Shown here: in pieces, positions 8,903 to 17,900 of the stretch
Position numbering within the stretch: the first letter of the stretch is position 1
Layout of the letters: each line of letters starts with the position of its first letter
Source: a virus
Direction: 5' to 3' (one strand)
Length of the DNA stretch: 64,000 nt
Virus record (IMG/VR): IMGVR_UViG_3300044710_000137
Coordinates: 1 to 64,000 of that record
The notes under the pieces: generated by a model
What the model was told of the DNA's origin: nothing
The model's input: the letters and a program-made list of their open reading frames with translations, nothing else
The model's database searches: none
Position numbers and translations under genes: made by a program

Positions 8903-11900
8903 TGCCTGCCGAACTGGGCGAAGGCTGGACGCTCGACGATTCGGCGTCCACCCCTCCCGCCTCACCAACACCCCCAACGCGCGCCCCGTCTAAGCCCCCT
9001 GCCGATCTCGGCGGTGGCTGGACCTTGACGGCGCCAGCTGCCCGCGCATCGTCCGGAGATCTCGGCGGTGGGTGGAACCTCGCTCCTCCATGGCCCTCTA
9101 TTGACCAAGCCGTCAGGATGCCGAGCGCTGCGAGCATGCAAGCGTCGATGGAGCAGGCGGAGCGTGATGCGTCAGAGGAAGGGGGCGACCAGCCGGCCCC
9201 TCCAACACCTACAAATATCCCTGGTGGAATTGCTTCCATCCCTGGCGGAGCCTTGCCTGGAATGCCCTCGCCAGCGGTTCCAGGACTCACCACGCCATTT
9301 GTCGGACACGGCATCGGCGGCGACTATCCCATCCCCAGCGGGCAAATCGTACAGGAACCATTCGAAACTATTCCGGCGCTCGAAACTATTGGCCGTGGTG
9401 TCACCCGGATGGCGCAGGCCACCCCGACGCCGACACATGCCGCAAATCCGAAACAAACCGCATTGGGCTTGAGCGAAGTCCTGGGCGGCACGATGCAGGC
9501 AGTCGGCCCCCTGGCCATCCCTGCGGGACTCGTCGCAGCCCCCGCAGAAGCAGCCATCTCGCTGGGCGCCGGTATCGTCGCCCGAACTGCCACGCCTGCA
9601 TTGCTCAAGAAAGCCGGAGTAGCGCCCGAATATGCGGACCTGGCGGGCGACGTCGCCGGTCTCCTCGCGGGTTACGCCGCTGGGCATATCCGTCTATCGC
9701 CAGAGCAACAGAACCTCATTGAAGTCCTCCAGGGTAAGGATGCGCCAGGCGCGGGCATTGAAGATCCCCAGGTCAATCTTCTACGCAACATGGTGGACCG
9801 CGGCGGAACTGAAGGCGAACGAGCTGCAGCGCAAGGGGCTCTATTCCGCAAGTTCGGTATCAAGTACGGACCCGAGGATCTTTCCGGCACAGCTACGCCT
9901 GAACAATCCCCCACCCCACAAACTGCCCCTACCCAGGAACCAGCAACCGGCGCGGCCGCGACGGGTGCGGCACCAACATCTAATGTTTCTCCTGAAGTTT
10001 CAACATCTCCAGTAAAGTTTTCTAAAGGTGAAGTCTATACCAACACTCAAGGAGAAGCCGCCCATATTACCCAAGTTTCACCAGATGGAACAAAGATCAG
10101 TTTTGAATTAACAGTACCAGGAGTGATAAAACCCTTAAAGCTGGATTGGCCTGTTGGGAAATTTCAGATGAGGATGGGATTAACTCCTCGAGCTGAAGCC
10201 CAAGAAGAATCAGGTGTTAATGCCGCGCCGGCCGTCCCGTCCGTCGCTGGTACAACCGTTCCCCAGCCGGGCGCCGTTGCGGATTCCAACGCCGTACCGA
10301 CGCTGCAAACACCCCCGCCAACGCCCACACCTACCGCGAATTCCCAGCCGGTGCAGGCGCCCCCAGAAACCGCAGGCGCCATACCTCCAACTCAACAGAA
10401 TCGACAGGAAGCGCAGCCCCTACCGGCAATTACCGGGCAGGAAGGTGCCGCCCAGCTACCGCAAATTGCCACGGCGCCCGAGGGTCTACCAGCACCAGAC
10501 GCGGCTGCGGCTGGTGCGGCAGCAACACCTAAATTTGATTACGCCTCCACTCAAGTAAACCTTCCTTCTTCAATAGCTAACAGCGTCATCTACTTTGGCG
10601 AAACCATCCCTGCAAAGATCCTTGCACCTGAAGCTGGTCATTCTACTGCTGGAGAAACAGGTTCCACGGGTAGAGAAACAGAACCACACATCACCATCAA
10701 ATACGGCCTTCATGATGAAGATCCTTCCGCCGTTCAGGAAATTCTGAAGAACGAAGGCCCCATCACAGCCACCTTAGGCAAAGCCTCCATCTTCAACACC
10801 GACGACAGCGACGTTCTCAAAGTGGGCGTGGAATCCCCGGACCTCCAACGATTGAATGGCCTGGTTAGCCAACTGCCTCACACGGACACCCATCCGACTT
10901 ACGAACCCCACGTGACCATCGCTTACCTGAAAAAAGGCGAAGGGGCGAAGTACGACGGAAAGAGCATTCCAGGGGTCACCGGACAAACGGTATCATTTGA
11001 TGCTGTCCAGTTCTCGGACAAAAATGGGCAACATACTGCCATTCCGTTGGCAGGAAATGGACAAGAATCAGGTGTTGATGGCGCACCAGCCACAGCCGTG
11101 TCCGGTGCTGGTAGACCCTCCGGCGCAAGCCAGCAGTTGCCTCATAGCCTCACTGGAGCGAAGCCACGCTATAGCTACGGCGCACGCCAGTATGATTTGG
11201 AGTTCGCCGACGATCTCGACAAGGCAGCCTACATCACTGCGCAAGACAAGCGCTCGAAGCATGACGCCGACTACCTGAAATGGGCGATGGGCCAGACCGG
11301 CGGATCCGAAATGGACGTGCGCCAAGCTGGCGCGAACGTGCGCCATTTTATCAAGGACCTGGCCAAGGCGAATTCGGATGCCAGATCCGGCGAGACGCGC
11401 TTGGACATTCCGGCACTGGCGCGCAAGATCTTGTCGAAGCCCACCACGGCCGCTACGGTTGTACCAGCCGGGGGCGCGCAGCCGACACCGGCGGCAGCAA
11501 CATCAAATGCTTCGCCTGAGCTAACTCCATGGAGAGAGCTATTTGAAAGATACATTACCAATGGAGCCTCTGAAACTGAAGCAAAGATTCTCACCGAAAG
11601 AAGGCTAGGAAAAGAACCAGAAAGCCAGAAAGCACGAAAGCCAGAAATCGTTACCCCACCAGCCCCGTTGACTCCTCCCGTAAATGAGAGCATAGTAGAA
11701 CCGGGACTACCCAATGGAACCCCAAGTTCAGAAGCTCATCCAGAACTGGCAGCGCCAGAATCCGGAGGCGGTGAAGCGAATGCGCCAGAAGGGCAACCTG
11801 GAGAGCTTGGCCCTAGCAGCCTTGAACCGGCAGGCGGAAGTACTGTCGAGCCTACTCCAGAAGGGAACGCCCCATCTGGAAGCGCAGGAGCTGGCGAACG

Positions 11901-14900
11901 AGGAATTGCAGCTACCCCCCGGACCAGTGCAACCGGAGATAAACCCGCCGATTACCGCATAACCCCGGAAGACCACATCGGGGAAGGTTCGATCCGCCAA
12001 AAAGCCAACGACAACCTGGAAGCCATCCGCACCCTCAAGAAGATCGAGGCCGAAGGCCGCTACGCCACGCCCGAGGAGCAGAAAATCCTGGTCAAGTACG
12101 TAGGATGGGGCGGCATGCCGCAACCGTTCGCGGACTGGGGAATCCCTCGCGAGTGGCAGGGCGTACGCGCCGAAATGGATTCCTTAATGACAGCCGAGGA
12201 ATTCAAAAGTGCGCGCGCGTCTACCCCGAACGCCCACTACACATCGCCGCTGGTTATCTCGAAAATCTGGGATGCAGTTCGACGGCTGGGTCTCGGTGCG
12301 GAAGCGAGTTATCTCGAACCCGCCATGGGTGTCGGCCACTTCTACGGCCTGATGCCCGAGGACCTGTTGAACGGCGCGAGACGCACGGGCATCGAACTCG
12401 ATGCACTATCGGGCCGCATTTCGAAGCTACTTTACCCTGAAACCGATATCCACATCGCCGGGTTCGAAACCGTCCGGCTGCCGGGGAACTTCTTCGACGC
12501 CGCGGTGAGCAACGTCCCCTTCGGTAACTACGCGATCCACGATCCGGCATTCAAGCGCAATCCGGTGGCCACGCGCTCGATCCACGACTACTTCTTTGCC
12601 AAGGCCCTGGAGAAGGTGCGCCCGGGCGGCCTGGTGGCGTTCATCACTTCGAACTTCACGATGGACAAGCGCGATCCTTCGGTGCGGAAATACCTGGCGA
12701 GCCAGGCCGATCTGTTGGGAGCCATCCGCCTACCGAATTCCGCATTCAAGGGGAACGCCGGAACCGAAGTCACCACGGATGTGATTTTCCTCCGGAAGCG
12801 GGCGCCAGGGCAGAAGCCGGCGGCCGAACCGTGGACGGACCTGGCCGAGATCCAAGGCAACGTCGAGCGTCCGGACCGCTCCATGGGCAAGACTGCCATG
12901 GACGTGAACGAGTATTACGCCGCGCACCCGGAGATGATGCTGGGCGAAATGGGCCTACTGGGCACCATGTACGCCGATAAGAGCGCAGCCCTTACGGGCC
13001 AACTCACCCCCGAGAAGCTAGATGCGGCGATCGCCAGACTCCCGGAAGGCGCGATTCACCCTTGGGAAGCTCCGGTAGAACAGTCGGGGCCAGTGGCATT
13101 CGCCGACGCGAAGACTGTAAAGGACGGCGGCTACGCCATGAAGGACGGCCAATTGGTGGTCCGGCATGGCGACAGCCTTATTCCCGCGACCAACCCCGAC
13201 TGGCAGGTCAAACGCATCAAGGGCATGCTCGAAATCCGCAATGCCTTGCGCGAAGTGTTCCGGACCCAGATCGAAGACGCATCGGAGCCCGAGATCAAGA
13301 AAGCCATCCGCCACCTCAACACGGTCTACGACCATTTTGTGAAACAGAATGGCTATCTCTCGCAGACTCAGAATGTGCGCGCGTTTCACGGAGATCCGGA
13401 TGCGCCCGTCCTCCTGTCTCTCGAGAAGTGGGACCCGGAAGCCAAGAAGGCCGAGAAGACCCCTGTTTTCACCCAACGCACGGTAAGCGCAGCCAAGCGG
13501 ATCGACACGGCGGGATCGGCCAAGGAAGCCCTGGCGATTTCGCTCAACGAGAAAGGCCGTATCGATTGGGTCCGCATGCAGCAGTTGACCGGGCAGACGC
13601 CGGCGGAAATGCAGGCGGAGCTTGGACCGCTGATTTACCAGAACCCCAACGCGCGCCAGTGGCAGACCGCCGAAGAATACCTATCGGGCAACGTGCGCCA
13701 GAAGCTGGCCGAGGCCCGCGCCGCGGCGGGGCAAATCGGGATGCAGCCGCAATTCCAGCGCAACGTGGAAGCGCTCGAAGCGGTGCAGCCCAAGGATTTG
13801 CAGCCCGAAGATATCGAAGCCAAGATGGGCGCCAGTTGGATTCCGCGCCAGTACATCAGCCAGTTCGTCGGCGAGCTGCTGGGCGTCGATCCGCGCTACA
13901 TCCAGGTTTCGCATTCCGAAGCCCTGGCTACCTGGACCATGAAGGTGCAAGTTGGCAATTCGAATGTCGCCAACGTCAAGACCTACGGTACAGACCGGTT
14001 CCTCGCGTCCGATTTGATCGAGATGGCGCTGAACATGAGAAACCCCACCGCTTATGACGAAGTGGGCACCGGCGCCGACAAGAAGACCGTCATCAATGAA
14101 AAGGAAACCCTCGCCGCGCGCGAGATGCAGCAGCAGTTGAAAGACCGTTTCCGGGAGTGGGTTTGGCAGGATCCCGGCCGCGCCGAGACGCTGGGACGGC
14201 TCTATAACGACGAATTTAACTCTCTCAGGCTCCGAGAGTATGACGGTTCGCATTTGGAACTGCCAGGTATGTCCGCATCGATCAAGCTGCGGCCGCACCA
14301 GAAGAACGCCATCTGGCGCGTGGTGTCGAGCGGCGGCAACACATTACTCGCGCATGTGGTAGGAGCGGGAAAAACCTACGAAATGATTGGGGGCGCTATG
14401 GAATTGCGCCGGCTGGGCCTCGCCAAGAAGCCCGTGCTGGTCGTCCTCAAAAACCGTGTGGAACCCACGGGCGCGGAATTCCTGTCGATGTATCCCGGCG
14501 CGAACATCCTGGTGATGACGCCCGAGCAATTCACCGCGGCCAACCGCGCGAAGGTGATGGCGCGGATTGCCACGGGGAATTGGGACGCCGTGATCGTCTC
14601 CTACGAATCTTTTGAAAAGCTGCCCGTATCGGATGAGACTTTCAATTCCTACCTGAACGACCAGATCGACGACCTGGAGAATTACATCCGGGAGATGAAG
14701 GCGGACAACTCCGACGCCAAGCTCGTAAAACAGATGGAGAAGGCCAAGAAATCCCTTGAAGCGAAGCTACGCGGGAAGGCCGACCGCGAATCGAAGGATA
14801 CAGGCATCGGCTTCGAGGAGCTGGGCGTCGACTCGCTATTTGTGGACGAGGCCGATAACTTCAAAAACCTGTTCTTTCCCACGAAGATGACCCGAATCCG

Positions 14901-17900
14901 CGGGCTGCCCAACACCGAATCGAAGCGCGCCTTCGATATGTACATCAAGACCCAGACCATCGCCAAGCGCAATGGCGGCCGTGGAATCGTCTTCGCCACC
15001 GGAACTCCTATCGCCAACACCATGGCCGAAATGTGGACCATGCAGCGGTACCTGCAGCCGGATTATCTGCGGGAGCACGGGTTGCAGCACTTCGACGCTT
15101 GGGCGCAAACCTTCGGCGAAGTGGTGCCGACGCTCGAAGTCTCTCCGGACGCCTCAGGCTTCCGGCTAACCAACCGCTTTGCCAAGTTTGTGAACATCCC
15201 GGAACTGGTGTCCGGCTTCCGGTTGATGGCCGACGTGCAAACCGCGGACATGCTGAAGCTGCCCGTTCCCCGGCTCAAAGGTGGACAGCGCACCACGGTG
15301 CCCGCGCCGGCGAGCCCGGAGCAAACCGCATACCTGGCGAGCCTTGCGCAACGCGCCAAGGATATTCGCGAAGGAAGGGTAAAAGATCCGCGCATCGACA
15401 ACATGCTGAAGGTCTCGACGGATGGCCGAAAATCTGCCCTCGACATGCGCCTGGTGGACCGCGGGGCGGAAGACTTCCGCGATTCCAAGGTGAACAAGGT
15501 TGTGGACAAGGTGGTCGATATCTGGAAGGCTACCGCCAAGAACAACAGCGCGCAGCTCGTCTTCCTGGATTTCTCGAAGCCGGCCGAGCCGGGCGAAGGC
15601 CACAAGTTCAGCGTCTACGACGACATTAAGGCGAAACTGCTGGCCAGGGGTATTCCCGCCAAGCAAATCGCTTTCATCCACGATGCGGCGAGCACCGAGG
15701 AAGCCGCGCAATTATCCCACGACGTCAACGCCGGCCGTATCCGCGTGCTCATGGGCTCGACACAGAAGATGGGCGTCGGGCTTAACCTCCAGAAGCGCCT
15801 GATTGCATTGCATCACCTGGACGCGCCATGGCGCCCGCGCGATATCGAGCAGCGGGAAGGCCGCATTCTCAGACAGGGCAACGAGAACCCGGAAGTCCAG
15901 ATTTACCAATACGTCACCGAGCCCAGCTTCGACGCGAAGATGTGGGACACGCTGAAAACCAAGGCGCAGTTCATCGGCCAGGTCATGCGCGGCGAGGTCA
16001 CCGTGCGCACCGCCGACGACGTAGCGGACTCCGCCCTCACTTACGCGGAAGTCGCCGCCATCGCTTCCGGCAATCCGGCCATCCGGGAGAAGACCGTCAT
16101 CGACGCCGAGGTGCGCAAGCTGGACGCTATGCGATCCCGCCACGACAAGCAACAGGCCGATCTGAAGCGCGAAGCCGTCTCCCTTCCCCAGCGCATCCAG
16201 GCCCAAAGCCAGGCGGCCGCCAAATACCAGAAAGACATCGCGGTTCGCGACGCCTCTCCGAACCAGTTCACTGTGGGTAAACAGACGTTCACCGGAGACG
16301 ACGCGCGGAAGCGCGCCGCGGCAGCCATTGCCAAGGTCCTCGACACGGCCAAGGATTCCAGAGAGCCTATCAGCTTCGGTTCTTACCGCGGCTTCGCTCT
16401 CGAAACCCGCTATCGGCAACCGGGCATTACTACGAAAGGGATGGAGCCGCAACCCCTCCCGGACATCACCATCCGCGGCGCATCGAGCTATGGCGCGAAC
16501 ACTAACCCCGATGAACCACTGGGTACTCTCCAGAGCATCGAGATAGCCGTCCGCGGGATCGACGGCCACCTGAACGGCGCCGTCGCCAATATGACCGACG
16601 CGCAGCGCAAGCTGGCCGATACGAACGACCTTTTGGGGAAGCCGTTCGAACAGGAAGCCAAGCTCAAGACACTCCTCGATCGCCAGAGGGCTCTCGCTAA
16701 GGAATTGCAGACCGACGCCGCGGACCAGCAGGCAGCTTCGGCCAATTTGCCACAGCCCGAGGAAGAAGGAGAATCCGTAGCGGCAGCGGAAACCGACGCG
16801 GCATCAAAGAATACTTCCGAGGCCGGGTTTCTTAAATTTCACCGTCCAGGCCAAGCTCCTCCCATGCCGGAGAACCTCCGTAAATTCTCGGAAGATACCG
16901 GGGAAACACTTCACTGGGACGGCAGTAATTGGGTAGCCGACAGCCATGCCGAGACGGAGCAAGCCACAGCCGCTCAGAATCTCGCAGTTCAGGAAATGAG
17001 CCGGGCTTACCTGGATCCCTCCGATAAACGATTCGGCGAGCGCATCCGGACGTCCGTCACCGGCATGCGGGACGTATGGATCGCCCAAACCAATCAATTG
17101 CGCGGCCGTCTGCGCAAGCTGCTACCGAACTACGTGGACCGGGAAGCTTTGACCCTGATGCGGGAGTTCCGCAACCGGCCGGGCGAGATGCGCCAATTCC
17201 TGGAAGGCACGCACCCGTTCTACGGCGAGATGCGTGAGCTATCGCCCGAACTGGCGGCCGATGCCGCGGAGCGCATGGAAAAGCTGGAGCCCGTAGTGGA
17301 ACGTGCGGAAAATCCCACTCCGGAGATGATCGAAGCCGACCGGCAGTTGACGGAATACTTCACCGAGCACCTGGCCGAGGGCAAGGAATTGGGCTTCATC
17401 GACAGCGACATTCCAAACGAAGAGTACATCACCCATCTACTCCAACCGGACGAGAATGCTCCGAGCCGCATCAGCCGGACGGCCGCGCGCCTATTCCCCA
17501 CCCGGGCAGGTCTGGGCCCCAAGCGCTTCCAATTCGCCAAAGGGCGCATCTTCCCCACCGTGATGCACGGTATCGCGGCAGGTAAGGCGTACCACCTCGA
17601 TGCCACGGATGCCCTGACCATCTACGGTGAGAAGTGGGCCAATCAAGCCGCGCTGCGCACGTTTTTGAATGTGGCCAGGGATAACGCCATCGGCAAATGG
17701 GGCACGGACTCCGGTTTACGGAACGGAAAGATCCCGGCCAACTGGGTGGCCATGGCGCCGGAGAACCGTGCATTCCGTAATGAGGTCCCCTATATCAACG
17801 CCCAAGGCGAGGCTGACGTGGCGCATCAGAATTTCTATGTCGAGCCGAGCGTCAACGAGGCCATGCGGCCCATCTTCGATCCCGATTACACCAGCCGCAT

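Noticed and set aside
16771-16810. Possible extra A copy (also partial look-alikes at 9188, 43797, 57880 and a B fragment at 37064-37115)
   Set aside because: Flanks or stem too degenerate to count by eye; excluded from tallies, but worth testing with a covariance model.
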